The position numbers were made by a program, and so were the translations under genes. A DNA stretch of 63,876 nucleotides from Gracilinanus agilis. Lineage: Eukaryota. Where the stretch lies: contig NC_058132.1 in the NCBI RefSeq assembly GCF_016433145.1, forward strand, positions 314,469,906 to 314,533,781, given 5' to 3'. This document shows, in pieces, positions 12,206 through 25,680 of this stretch (position 1 is the stretch's first letter; each line of letters starts with the position of its first letter). The notes beneath the pieces were generated by a model. It made no database searches. It was not told where the DNA came from and worked only from the letters and a program-made list of their open reading frames with translations.

Positions 12206-12628
12206 TTGAATTTCTTTTTTCTATCTGTTGCTGCTGAATTTTGTGAATAATATATATGTTGATTTATGTGGAATTATTTTTCATTCTTACATGTTACTAA
12301 AATTATTTATTTGACTATATTTTTTAGTTGATTATCTAGGATTCTCTCACTATGCAATCATATCATATGCAGAGAGTGATAATTTAGTTTCCTCACTGCC
12401 TACTTTAATTCCTTCAATTTATTTTTTTTCTTATTTGCAAAACTAGTATTTCTAGAACAATATTAACGAATAGTGGTAATAATGAGCATGCTTGCTTCAC
12501 CCCTGATCTCATTATAAAGGCTTCTAACATTGCCATCGAAGATGATACTTGCTGATGGTTTTAGATAGATCCTACATTTATCATCTGAATGAATGACCTA
12601 TTTTATTCCTTTTCTTCCTAGTGTTTTT

Positions 12629-12801
12629 TTTTAAACCCTTAACTTCTATGTATTGGCTCCTTGGTGGAAGAGTGGTAAGGGTGGGCAATGGGGGTCAAGT
12701 GACTTGCCCAGTGTCACACAGCTGGGAAGTGTCTGAGGCTGTATTTGAACCTAGGACCTCCAGTCTCTAGGCCTGACTCCACTGAGCTACCTAGCTGCCC
12801 C
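12629..12801 (-). mobile_element. SINE-1_Mdo-type SINE
   Basis: aaacccttaacttctatgtattggctcc...gagctacctagctgcccc, flanked by ctagtgttttt on both sides. Confidence 0.95.
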
Positions 12802-14462
12802 TTGTCTAGTGTTTTTATTAGGAAAGGATGTTGTATTTTGTTGAAGAATTTTTTTTGCATCTATTGAGATAACAATGTGATTTGTTATTTTGATTATTGA
12901 TATGGTCAATTATGCTGGTAGTTTACCTAATATTAAACCAACCTTGATTTTTTTGGTATGAATACAATTTGGTCATAGTTAATGAATGATCCTTGGGATA
13001 TATTATTGTCTTTTCCTTGTTAGCATTTTATTTAAAATTTTTGCATCTATATTCATAAATCAAATTGTATTATAATTTTCTTTCTCTGTTTTTGACTTTC
13101 CTAACTTTAGGTATCAGTACCAGGTTTGTGACATAAAAAGAATTTGGTAGAATTCTTTCTCTATTTTCCCAAATAGTTTACACAATATTGGGATTAATTA
13201 TTCTTTAACTATTTGATAGAATTCATTTGCAAATCCATCTTGCCCTATGATTTTTTTCTTAGGGTTTGTTCAATTTATTTTTCTGTTATGGGAATATTCT
13301 ACATGCTCTTTTGGTAATTTGGACAATTTACAATTTTGTAAATATTCATCCATTTCACTTAAATTGTCAAATTTATTGACATTTAATGGGCAAAATAGCT
13401 CCTAAAGATTGCTTTAATTTTCTCTTCATTAGTGGTGAGTTTCCCCTTTCATTTTTGATACTGATTATTTGATTTTCTTCTTTTAATCAAATTAATCATA
13501 TTCTATTTTGTTTTTAAATATAAAATAAACTCCTATTCTTATTCATCAGCTCAATGGTTCTCTTTCAATTTTATTAATTTCTTCTTTAATTTTTAGAATT
13601 TTAAATTATTCTTTGTTTGGAGATTTCTCATTTATTCCTTTTCTATTTTTTAAGCTATTTTGCTTTTTCTATATTTTATTGGTGTAAATGCTTAAAGATA
13701 CAAATCTTCCCCTTAGTAACACTTTATCTGTGTCCCATAAATTTGGATATATTGTCTCATTATCATTCTCCTTAATGAAATTATTGAATGTTTCTATAAT
13801 TTCTTGTTTGACCCACTCCTTTTTAGCATTAGATTACTTAGTGGGCAATTTAATTTTTATTTGTCTTTTCATGTACCTTAAATGAATATAATTTTTATTG
13901 AGTTATGTGAAAATGTTGCATTTTCTTGCTACTTTTCTTCATTTGGTTGTAAAGATTTTAGGCTTTAATATATGATCAATTTTTGTGTAGAGGCCAGGTA
14001 CAGTTGAAAAGAAGGTATATTCCTTTCTATTCTTAATTGAGTTTTCTCCAGAGATGTATTAGGTCTAACTTTTCTAAAATTTCTTTCACTTCCCTTACTT
14101 ACAAGTATAATGTTACTGTTTATTTCCTTCATTTAATTTCTCCTTTAAAAATCTGGCAGTTATACCATTTGATGTATATATTAAGTATTGATATTATATC
14201 ATTGTCTATAATACCTTTTAGCAAGATGTAATTTCCCTCTTTATCTCTTTTAATTACGTCTGTTTTTGCTTTGGCTTCATCTGAGATCATGATTGCTACT
14301 TCAGATAATGCACAATAAATTCTGTTCCAACCCCTCACCTTTACTCTGTGTATGTCTCCCTGTCTCAGATGTATTTCTTGTAAATAACATATTGTAAGGT
14401 TCTGGTTTATAATCCACTCTGTATCCACTTTCATTGTATAAGTGAGTTTATCCCATTCACAT

Positions 14463-15015
14463 TGTTAAAGGGATTTTCTTAATCTCTTCCTCTGTCCCCT
14501 TAAGAGGCAAGAGAGCAGGATTTCTAAGTAGATCAGGACTGACAAGTGTCAGTGAGACAGAGCTTAAGATTCTGTTACCAGGGAGACCAGGAGAGAGATA
14601 AGGAAGGAGCATTGACTGTTAGGGGTTTTTGCCTCTGGACCTGGGGAGAGCAGGAGGTCTGTCTCTGAGGCAAGGGCAACTGGCAGTTGGCTATTGACAA
14701 CTGGGTGATAGAAACTGCTCGAAGGACATAGGTCTAATTATTTATGAAGATAGGTGGTTAGTGAATCAATTTTTTGATAGAGTAGTTTAAAGTAGGCCCT
14801 GTGTTTGCCAGGCTAGAAGAACCTGTCCTCAGAAGACAGTTAGAGGTAGGTTATTAGAAATTTTATATGGTATTAGGAATTTAGGTATAGTCATAGGGCA
14901 TTAGAATAATAATCTTTCTTTCCTCCTTTTCTATTTTCTATCTGTACTTCTCAAATTAAACTTTTATTCAACTGCTCTCCTCATTTTTGTAGAACTATTT
15001 TTAACCCTTATAACA
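14463..15015. mobile_element. Solo LTR inserted in L1 at the ORF2 start
   Basis: TG...CA ends with terminal inverted repeat tgttaaaggg / cccttataaca; L1 sequence is continuous on both sides. Confidence 0.75.
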
Positions 15016-15544
15016 TTTAAAGTTATGATTATCAACTGTGTATTTTGCTCCAACTTATTTTCCACTTTTGATCTTGCTTTCTCCTTTCATTCTATCCATC
15101 CTCACAAGTGTTTTGCTTTTAATCACCACTCCCTACTTTCCTCTCCCTTCTATATCCCACCTTAGTCTTATTCTCCTCCTGTTTCTCTATAGAGTAAGAT
15201 AGGATTCTATAACCAAACAAATTTGATTTTTATTCCCTCTCTGACCTAAAGAGAATAAGGTTTAGTATTACCTGTCACCACTTTCATTCTCCCCTCCACT
15301 CTAATAATTTTTCACCCCTCTTTAGGTAAGATAATTTACCTCATTCCATTTCTCCCTTTCCTTTTCTCTCAGTGAAATTCTTTTTCACCCTTTGTTGTTG
15401 GATTTTTATTTGTATATCATCCTAATCAGCTTATTACTACATCCTCTGTTTATGTATACTTCATCTTACTGGTGTTGTACTAATTAAAAGCACTTTAAGA
15501 ATTATAAACATCATCTATGCACATAGGAATATATGCAGTTTAGG

Positions 15545-15765
15545 GTGTGAAGCCAAGATGTAGGCTTAGTAGCAATGAAAGCCTGAAACCACTCTGAATA
15601 TCCTTCCAAACTGATCTTTAGACTTCTGGGAGACACGTTGGTGGTTTAGAAGCAAAAGTCAAGTCCTCTGTGAAAACCTTTCCACACCAATCAAATACAA
15701 AGTGCTTGAATGGGGATACAGAAATAAATTCTACAATAGGACAGAGCTGGGGGATCCTCCTGATA
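15545..15765 (+). mobile_element. L1 5' end fragment (opposite orientation to its neighbours)
   Basis: gccaagatgtaggcttag and ggtggtttagaagcaaaagtc...gaaaacctttccacaccaatc resemble the opossum L1 5' terminus. Confidence 0.55.
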
Positions 15766-16000
15766 GTTTTAGATATATAATGTGTATTATTTTGAGGAAT
15801 CACCCTTCTATTCCTATACTTTCTAATGTTTTCAATAGGAATAAGTGTATTTTGTCTAAGGATTTTTCTGCATCAAATGAGATAATCATGTGTTTTCTGT
15901 TGGTTTGATTATTGATATGGCCTATTATGTGAATGGTTTTCCTAATATTAAACCATCCTTGCATTCCTGGTATAAATCCCTCCTGATCATAATGAATAAC
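15765..16000 (-). mobile_element. L1 ORF2 RT fragment
   Basis: Minus ORF 15618-15803 begins MIPQNNTHYISK; plus strand ggatttttctgcatcaaatgagataatcatgtg...ccatccttgcattcctggtataaatccc. Confidence 0.8.
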
Positions 16001-19000
16001 TTATTCTATTCACATTCAGCATTATGATTACTGTATATTGCCCTCCATTGTATTATTGCCTTTTTATCCTGCTCTATTCCCTTTCACTCTGCTTTTCCTT
16101 GCCAGTATTTTGCTTTTTGTCACCCCTGTAGTACAGACAGAGGGGGGTCATGACAGTTTTTTCAAGCTTTGGCTGAGTTCTGAAATCAGTTAGGTGTTTA
16201 GAATCTTGAAGGAGAGTTTCAGTTGGTTTGGGGATCTCATGGAGAGAGTGTCAGAACAGCTGAGCTGTTTCATTGCCTATCTGAAGAATTGAAAATTTAG
16301 GCTAGTTTTGGAATTTTTATTTAATAATTCTTAATTTAGATAAACCCTTTGTATCTCCATACCCTACCTTATTTCCTGCCTTCCTTCCCTTACCTTAAAT
16401 GTCTATGGAGTTAATAAGGAGAGTAAATCAGAGAGTAGGTCAAATCTGTGAGGGGTTTAACAGTATCTTATTTAGAAAGGTTAGTTAGTCATCATTTTAT
16501 TCCCTTTAGACATCAAGAGCACCTTGAGAGCTGAGCTAAGGCAGGACCTTGCTCAGACTCCATCTCTGCCTCCCTTCCCCTACCTGAGGTTTCTTTAAAC
16601 AACTGTTAGGGCTTCCTTAATCCACCTTCCTGACAAATCAACCTTAGAGACAATAAACCCTTTTGTGTTTCAACAGACCTGTTAGTTACTTTGTCAGTTA
16701 TTTAGTAAGAGAGGGAAGAAGAGGGAAAGAACCAACATACTCGGGGCTTGAAGGGAAGCCGGGGTATCCATCTTGAAGGAAGGTGTAACTTCAAAACAAG
16801 TCCCTTCCTGTGAAATTAACTAAAGCCTGTAGTTAATTTCAATTCAATCTATTTTCCTCAGTTTGTCTTTAGTCTAAGTCCTAGTCTATAAACCCTGCTG
16901 TTCTTTGCCTGTTTAGATTAATTCCTCTTCCGTGAAAATCTTTGTTACCTTTAGTGCTATACTCCCTGACTTCAGCCCCATATTATATCCTGAATCTCCC
17001 TATTTCAGCCTACCTGCAATCCATATTACTTACCTAGCAAGTCCCTGACAACCTCCCTTCAAAATCCCCTTTTACCACACACCTTTCCTCAAAATTATCC
17101 CTATTACACCCCCCAACTTCTTCCTCCCTTCTATTACCTTACCCTTCCCTTGTCTTATTCACCTTCAAATTCTCTGTAGGGTGATAGAATTCTATACCCC
17201 AATGAATAAACTCATTTTCCCTCTCTGAGCCAGTTACAATGAGAGTAGAGTTTAAGCATTGCCCATCACCACCCTTATTTACCCCATTCTTTCTCTCCCT
17301 TCCATTTTCTCTCAGTGCTCTCCTCTCATCCCTAGATTGAATTTTTATATATCATTCATATGCATACATATCATATCATGGATACATATTGCTTTATATC
17401 ATCACATTTACATATACATCATATCATCTTAATCAGCTTAGTTCTCCACCCTCTTTCTCAATAAATTTCTTCTATCTTCTCTATTAAAAGTAATTTTTGA
17501 GAACTAAAGAAATCCTCTTTCCATGTAGACTTATAAACATTTTGACCTTAATGAGCCTAATAAATTTTATCTTCCTTATTTACCTTTTTGAGCTTTTCTT
17601 GTGTCTCTCATTGTTTGGACTTCAATTTTTTTTAGGTCTGGATTATTCCTTAGGAAAGCTTGGAAATTTTCCATCTTATTGAATGTCCATTTTCTCCCCC
17701 GAATAAATAATACCCAGTTTTGCTGGATAGGTGACTCTGGGTTGTAAACCCAAATAATTTGGCTTCCTGAATATCATATCCCATACTTTTCAGTCCTTTA
17801 ATGTAGAAGCCACTGGGTCTTATATGTTCCTGATTTTTAGCTCCATAGTATTTGAATGGTTTCTTTCTAGTTGTTTGAAGTATTTTTCCTTGACTTGGTG
17901 GCTATTGATTTTAGCTATTACATTCCTTGAAGTTGTCAATTAATGATTTCTTTCTGAAGGAGATCTATGAATTCTTTCAATTTCAATTTTATTTTCTTGT
18001 TCAAGGATCTCTGAGAAATTATCTTTGATAATTTTTGTAGAATAATAGCCAAGGTTTTTTCTTAATCATGGCTTTCAGGTAGTCCAATAGTTTTCAAATT
18101 GTCTTTCCTAAATTGATTTTCTAGGTCACTTGTTTTATCAATAATATTTTTCATGTTTTTTGTTGTTGTTTTTTTCATTAGTTTGCTTCTGCTTTAATTT
18201 TTTTTAATTTCTCATGAAATCCTTAGTTTCTAGATCATCACTTCTGATTTTTAAGGTCTGATTTTCCTTTCAGTTTTTGGTTATTTTTTTCAATTAGCTC
18301 ATTTTTTCTTCAATCACTTTTATTTCTCTTTTCCACTTTTCCCCTGCTTCTCTTAATTGGTTTTTGAAGTTTTTGAGAATTTGTTTCAAATCCATATTTT
18401 TCTTTTGGAATTTGCATGTGTTTTCTTTGCTTTCACTGTCACCTTCTGTCTGTACCTTGCTCTTTGTCTCCATAAAAATTCATTAGTTAGGTGCATTTTT
18501 TGGTTGTTTGCTCATTTTTCTTATCTAATTATAGGTCGGCTCTGTTTTCTGGGAAGTTGGGGTACCCTCTTGAACTTCAGTCCTTGTTTGATGTTATTCT
18601 CAACTTATTTTTCTGGGTCTGAGATATGAGAGCTCTGAAGGCCACTCCCCTTGATGATTCAATTGACCCTTGAGATGCTGATGGCTTAAGGATTTGCCTC
18701 AGGCTTGGGAGTAAGCTTTTGATTTCACTATGATCTTGATCAGGTCAGGGGCTGATCAAATTCTAACCCAGATTTAGACTCAACATTTTGGTATTGCTGT
18801 GTACTTAAACCAATAAGGTACACCCATTGATTGCCCTCTCTGGGAGCTCTGTCCTAAGCTTTAGGCAGAAAAGATAAGTACTTAGTACTTAGTACTATCA
18901 ACCACCCCAAACTGTGCACTATGTCTTCATCCTAAACCTAGACTGGAAATCTTGGCTTTGCTCTGGGCCCACATGGAACAGTGCACTTCAGCCCAGGATG

Positions 19001-19220
19001 TCCTGGGCTGGTACTACAGACTCCTCCACAGGTTTAAAATTTCAAGTGGTGTGGGTTGGCTTCCACTACTATTTGCCCATGCAGGATCTTAGAGTATGAA
19101 TGTTAGCTTTATCTTAGATTCTGAAACTTAGGACAGCAGATGTAAGGTGGGGGTTGGAGGGTGGCTTGCTCCTCCCTCCTTATAGCATTTTAATCATGAT
19201 CAGAGAGGATTCTCATGGCG
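16000..19220 (-). mobile_element. Degenerate L1 5' half (ORF2 start, inter-ORF, ORF1, 5' UTR), with an LTR insertion
   Basis: ORF1-type reverse sequence at 17560-18540; 5' region ends in gagaggattctcatgg (19203-19218), also seen near the 5' end of the next L1. Confidence 0.8.
16127..17079 (+). mobile_element. Solo LTR, about 950 bp, inserted in L1
   Basis: tgtagta...taccaca inverted ends; cccc/cacc 4-bp flanks; internal caataaa near 16652. Confidence 0.75.
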
Positions 19221-19254
19221 ACATGGATCAATTCTGGTTCTCTCCTCCACAATG

Positions 19255-21200
19255 GCTCCACCTATTCCAAGTCTTCTGATACTTTAAGATGGAAGCTGCT
19301 AAATTCTGTGTAATCTGTACTGTAGCTCCATGATATTTGAATTGTTTCTTTCTGGCTGCTTGCTGTGTTTTCTCCTTCACTTTGGGGCTTTTGAATTCAT
19401 TTATAATATTCCTGTGAGTTTTCATATGGGAATTTATTTCTAGAGGTGATATGTGGATCCTTTCCATTTATATTTCATTCTTCTTCAAGAATATCAGGGC
19501 AGTTTTCTTTGATAATCTTTGATAATTTCTTGTATTATAATGTGCAGGCCTCTGTTTTTGTTTTTGGGTAATGGTTTTCAGGTAATCTAATGATTCTTAA
19601 ATGGTCTCTCCTTTAAGGTTGTTTTTTTTTTTCAATTATATATTTTATTGTTTCTGGTTGGTTTTTATTTATTTTTTTTATTGTTTCTTCGTGTTTCATG
19701 AAGTCATTATCTTCTAGTTTTCCAATTCTAATTTTTAAGGAATTATTTTCTTTGGTGAGGTACTGAACTTCCTTTTCATTTGGCCAATTCTATTATTATT
19801 TTCTTCTTGCAATACTTTTATTTTCCCCTCATTTTTCCTCTTCTCTTAATTTATTTTTAAAATAATTTTTTACATCTTCCAGGACCTAAAACCAATTTAT
19901 ATTTTTCTTTGAATTTTTGTGTTTTTTCTTTGCTTTCACTGACCTTTTCTATGTGTGTGTCTTGCTCTTTTTTTGACTCTATAAATGTTATATGCTTAGG
20001 TGAATTTTTTTATGTTTTCTCATTATCTCAGCCTTTTTCTTGAATTTCACTTTCATCTTAAAGGTAAGCTCTATTCTCAGGGTAGAGAGAATACTCTTTA
20101 AATTTTAATTTTTTCTTGCTGATATCCTTAGCTTTATTTCTGGGTTTCTGCAATTTTCAGTTCTTCCAAGGTAATATGATTGACTGGCCTCTGAGCACTG
20201 AAAACCTCCTCCTTCTGGGACTGCTAATGGACTACAAAGCTCAAAGCACTTTGAGCTATCCTGTCTGTGTTGGGATTCAGAGTATAAACTCAGTCTCTTA
20301 CAGGTGCTTTTGGTCTCATTCTGGGCCTGAATAAACAGGCACACTATCAACTGTCTTTCCCTGGGACTTATAACTTCATCTTGAGCTTGAGTAGGGGCTC
20401 TGGACATTCCTCTGGGCTTATGCAAGCCTGGCCTGCTGCAAACTACTTTGTTCTGGGGTTCATGTCCTTACTGTAGGTTTGGACTGGGTCTCTATATTTC
20501 ATTCTGGGCTTACACAGACAAGGCATACTTAGGTTTACTTTTTTCTGGTGCTGGTGATCTTGCTCTGAGCTTAGACAGACCAAGTATACCACACTGCTTG
20601 CCTTGCACTGGGATTCAAGACCTCACTGCAAGCTTGAGCAAGAGCTTTGGACCTCCTCTTGGTCCTCCACCACTTAGGAGCCTTGCAGATTGCCTTGCAC
20701 TGGGGCTTAGGGCTTGGTTTGGACTTGGATAGGAGTTCAGAGCTGTTCTCTGGGCCTGTACCAGTCATACCTGATAGAGTTCCCTGCACTAGGGCTTGGT
20801 GATTCACTGTACGCTTGTACTGAGGCTTTGAACTTTAAGGGATGGATATTGGGTTGTATTTCTCTTGACTTTGGCAGGGTCTCAGGGTCTCAACATTGAC
20901 TGGGTTCCAGTTTCATAACCTGGAAAAGTAGATGTGGGATAGGGAGGGCTTACTTTTGGCTCCAGTTGGTACTCATTGGTGTGACCTCTTGCAGGTTGTG
21001 TTTCCTTCTCACCCCTGTGAACCAAATCCTCTTTGCCTACCTTTCAAATTGTTCTTTGCATGAAAATTGCTTCACTTCAGCTATTTGTTGGTTCTTTCAC
21101 TCCAGTATATTGTTTTTGAGGCATTGTTTTATAGTTGTTTGGAGAGGATTCTCATGGTTCAATCTTCTCCTGTTTCTATTCTACCATCTTGGTTACCTGA
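19255..21200 (-). mobile_element. L1 5' portion: ORF1 plus GC-richer 5' UTR with degenerate internal repeats
   Basis: Minus ORF 19228-19467 (QQAARKKQFKYHGATVQITQNLAA, L1 ORF1p); terminus ttctattctaccatcttgg near 21190. Confidence 0.85.
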
Positions 21201-21254
21201 ATTTCTTTTCTTGATAGATGCTAGGCTGGCAACACTACTTAGCTATATTAAAAA

Positions 21255-21420
21255 AATATTTGACAAAGTTATCATTGCTTATATTGTGGACAAGATGGCA
21301 AATTCTGAGCTAGATTGTAGGAAAATATGAATGAATTCAAAATAATTGGGCAGAAAGTCTAATCTTTAATTGTACTATAGCAGTCTGATGAAAGGTGTCA
21401 CATAATGCCCCAGAGATAGT
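21255..21420 (+). mobile_element. L3/CR1 RT fragment
   Basis: aatatttgacaaagttatcattgcttatattgtggacaagatgg resembles KAFDKVSHxxLVDKM. Confidence 0.6.
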
Positions 21421-24259
21421 TTTTTACCCTTATACTTTAAAAAATATAATCAATTTCTCATATTTTATGTTCATTTGCTAAAGATATATTAGCAAGTGAA
21501 TAAAAACTATACCCCCCACCCCCCAATTATGGACACTAAAATGTATACCATTTAGTGGGAAGGTTACTTTCAGTTCTATTGATTTTTTTTTTAAAACAAT
21601 ACCTTTATTGACAGACTAATCCAACTTCCTTAAAGGTCACGTGCAATAGAATCAGACAGTTAAGTAAAACTCTAATAGAGTGATTTCATTTAACCATTTT
21701 GTAATATTTCACCTGCAATACCTCCCATGCCACCTCATTTAAAAACATTTACAGAAATGTGATTTCTTACCCTCTTCTCCTATCTTGCTGGGAAAGAAAA
21801 GGAGAAAAATATTGTAACAAAAATGTATTTTCCTCCATTCTGCTCTATTTTTTATTCTTTTTTCTACTCTCTCCTCATTATCCTCTATTTTTTAATCTTT
21901 TCTTCACTATCCTTTCAAAGCTTGTTTTACTTGTGACCTTTCCTTCTCTACTCCCCTTTTTTCCCATTGCCTATTTCTATTTGTATAACTGTTGAGTTGA
22001 ATGTACCGCTAGGTAGTGGTTAGTATAAATTTAAATAATAGGAAATTTGATTTAGTGATTTCTAAAAATGTTAACAGGGTGCATCTTATGCAAGCCAAAA
22101 CTCAATAATCGTGATATATTCAAGCTAGCCAAATTTTACTCAAGTTCCAGTTCATCAGTCTAAACTTTCCTATAATCATGTGCATATGTGTCCCAAATTA
22201 TTAAGTTGCATTATTTTTTAAAAGTTCCTAACAAAATAAGCAAAAGAAGTTAGATGCCAGGGAAAAAATAAGTTTTGTGCTAAATTAGGACAAAAATTTG
22301 ATATAATTGATAGCACAAATGTATAGTTCTTGTTACTCTAAGATAGGTTGAGGTCATTATTCCTGAATCTACATAGAATGGAATATTATAAAGCACTGAG
22401 GCAAAATAAAAGAAAAAATTCATCAGAATATTATGATTAGCAAGCAATTACCAGGAATAGTAGTAAGAAGGTATTGGAAGAATTGAACCTTCTTACTACA
22501 ATATGGATTAAAGACTGCAGTGAGAAACTGAAGGCAGAGAAATGTAAAATGCAGTGAATAGTGACAAAACTGCAACAACAATCAGTGACTGTTTTGCTCA
22601 CTATAAAAATTTAGTTAAATTGCACAATATTAAACTTATCAGGGAGGTAATCAGTGCAGATAAGGAAGTGGCAGGTAAATATCCTGATGTGTTGATGAAA
22701 ATAAACAAAGAAGTTAGATATATTGATTAATGATTTTTAGGTAGAAGAAACATGCTAATTCTGGAGAATGCTTTACAGAATATATAGTAATAAGAAACTG
22801 GGGCAGAGCTCAACCTGTATTTAAAGTATCTAAGGATATCTTTAGCCAAATATTGCTTCCTATTCTTTGGCCGTCAAATAAAAGCACAAGGATCACTAAA
22901 TTTGTTTTTGAAAATTTGTTTTCAAGTTATTTTAGCCTGCCTGTTGAAAAGTATCATTAGAGACAACAATATCTCTTCAAGTATTTCTTTCTGTCTTTGA
23001 TTATGCCCTAAATCAACCAACTACACTTGGCTCACCAGATGAGACTGTTAGCAGTCACAAACTATTTACTAAGTTATGAGCAAGACTTTTTGTAACTACT
23101 AAGGTAATTATAAGGAGTTTAAGAAAGGCAGCCGCTTCAATGCTAATAAAATATATTACATTAGAATAACCATATCTTATCATATTACAACCATAGGCTT
23201 ATCTCAGGTATGACATTTAATATTGTGTTAATTTTGCTTTCTATGACTGCTCTACTATTAAACAAATCAGAAATATCTTTTATTCCTCTTCATTGTAATG
23301 TTACATTAATAAACATAATCTATGCCTGTGTATTTAATTTTCATTGCATATATTATTGTGCTGGAACCAATTCCTATCTTTTACATATGCTTATAATTCT
23401 TTAAGAAGTATTAGTTTATATCTGGAGCCTAGAGATCACAAAAGTCTCAATATGTAACTGCTAATCAACTCACCTATATACTGGAAGTTCCTATATACAT
23501 AATTATTGATTTAGTTAGCTTGATTTAGACAAAGAATGCATGTAATCAATTTAGAAATTTTCATCTAATTCAGGTATACAAGTTGTGCAATCTTTCTTAA
23601 TCACAATGCCTTTGTGATCAGTAAAGGTTGGCCATCTGGTTATTGCCTATTCAATTTGTACCTGTTAATCTGTCCATCAACAGCAATCATATATAAGGGC
23701 ACAGATCCAGAATTCTGGGCTCTTGATAATGTTATACACGCCACCAAGTGCCTTAGCTACCACACTTATTTGCCTATGGGACTGCAGAATTGAGGACCAG
23801 TCTGTTTGCATATCTCTGATCAATAAAATGCCTGATTTATCTATTATCTTTCACCTCTTATATTACTTTTCAGTATCTAACCCAAGTTCTCATTTTGAAT
23901 GGTATGTATTTCAATAATATGAACACTTTATGGAACTCATATTTTGGACAAATCAGAATCTAACTGGTGTGTGAGTGTGTGTGCAGGTTGGTGTTTTCCC
24001 TTTCCTAGACAAATTTAGATGAAAGTAACATACAAGTAATGCTTGCTTATAAACTTCTTTCAAGGAGTCAATTCCCTCAAGTCATGCCTCTAGGAACTAT
24101 AATTAGCATTATAATAATTTACATAAACATGGGTGGCATGTTTCTCAAATTTGTAAATAGGAGAAATTATAATGAATCACCAATCCATTGGTAGATTGCA
24201 AAGATCCAAAAAAATTCTTCAAAGGCTATAATACTCAGTGAAATCAATATCTTACAACC

Positions 24260-24950
24260 TGTAATCAATAAACAAACATTTGTTAAGTTCCTATAAATAA
24301 AAACAATGTATTTACACTATATTAAGAGCTGGAAATACATGAAATTAAGAAAAAAATTAAAAGCTTACATTCAATTGGTGGAGAGTATTTGTGTATATAC
24401 ATATATATATATATATACATACACACATATATACACACACATGAATAACTTACCTATTTATCTATATCTAAATCTATACATATGCATATATATAATAGAG
24501 ATGCATATTCCATGAGAGAGAAGGCAACAGTTAGGAAAATTTGGAAAGATTTCATTTAGAAAGTAGTATTTGAACTGAATCTTCAAGTAAGGGATTCTAT
24601 GAATGAAAGCTCAGAAATCACTTAATTTGAGGCATGAGGGGGAAGCCAATTCAAAATTATACTGATCAGAGATGTAGTGCCATATATGAGGCATTAGTTA
24701 GGTCAATTTGTTATACAATGTAAGGGAGAGGGCACTGTATATATTATAAAAATAGCTTAAAAATAGGTTAGGACCAGGCTGCTCATGATTTTAAAAACCA
24801 AACTAAAGAGGTTATATTTTAAACTAGAAGCAATATAGGACTAATGGTATTTATTGAGTGAGAGTGTAACAGTCAGGTCTGTGCTTACTCTAGCAAGAGA
24901 GTAAAGAATAAAATGGATTTGGTAGAGACAAGAAGTAGATGAAATGAATT
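24260..24950 (-). mobile_element. L2 fragments interrupted by (TA/CA)n low-complexity sequence near 24384-24500
   Basis: caataaacaaacatttgttaag; atttgaactgaatcttcaagtaaggg. Confidence 0.5.
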
Positions 24951-25089
24951 TTAAAATGATAAATGTGAAGTCTTACATTTGAATTTTAAAAGTATCTTCA
25001 AAAGTATATAATAAAAGAGATCTAGATGACTAGATATAGAAGATCTCATTTAAAAGATCCAGAGATTTTAGCATACTGAAAGCTTAATC

Positions 25090-25680
25090 TTTGCCATCTG
25101 TGTGAAATAGAAATCAAGAAAACTCATGGGATTCCAGGCTGCAGCAAGACATAGAAAGTTTTTCAGAATAAGAAAGCAATATTCTTTTTGTACTCTATCC
25201 GTGGCAGTCTGCAAGTGGAGTGTGGTGGTCAGTTTTAGTGATCCCAATATATAAAGTGTACTGACAAACTGGAAGACAGCCAGGATGGAAATGAACTTTG
25301 GGTTTGTTTTCTATGTGAATCTTTTCAAAGGACTCTCAAAGTTTAGCTTAGAAAAGAGAAGACTTGGGAAGTAAATTAGGTTTATGATTGATTTGTCATG
25401 AAGAAGGGGTATTAGATTTCTTCTACTTGGACCCAGAGGATAAATCTGGGAAAAAATGTAGAGATTTTAAAGAAGCAAATTTAGATTTATGTAATCATCT
25501 ACTTCCTAACAGTTGAATATATATGAAAGAAAAGTGGGCAGCTTCCACTGTTATTTTGTTCTTTCCCACCAGATTTCTTCTAGTAAAGGGTAGATGATCA
25601 CTTGTGAGGGATATTATAGAAGCATTTTTGATCTGATATAGTATATTATATTACCTCTGAGATTCCTTTAAATTCTGGTT
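25090..25680 (+). mobile_element. L3/CR1 3' region
   Basis: gtttagcttagaaaagagaagacttggg...gtcatgaagaaggggtattagatttcttctacttggacccagagg...gggtagatgatcacttgtgaggg. Confidence 0.7.

Larger units (their letters stand above)
10238..15540 (-). mobile_element. Degenerate L1: polyA tail, ORF2 (internally incomplete) and inter-ORF region; carries two SINEs and one LTR
   Basis: PolyT at 10238; minus ORFs 11280-11540 (ORF2 C-term) and 14129-14434 (ICYLQEIHL...KRDKEGNYILLKG, L1 endonuclease); many stops and frameshifts. Confidence 0.9.

Noticed and set aside
11280-14434. Minus ORFs of 86 and 101 aa as host genes
   Set aside because: They are fragments of L1 ORF2 (C-terminal and endonuclease regions) in a degenerate copy.
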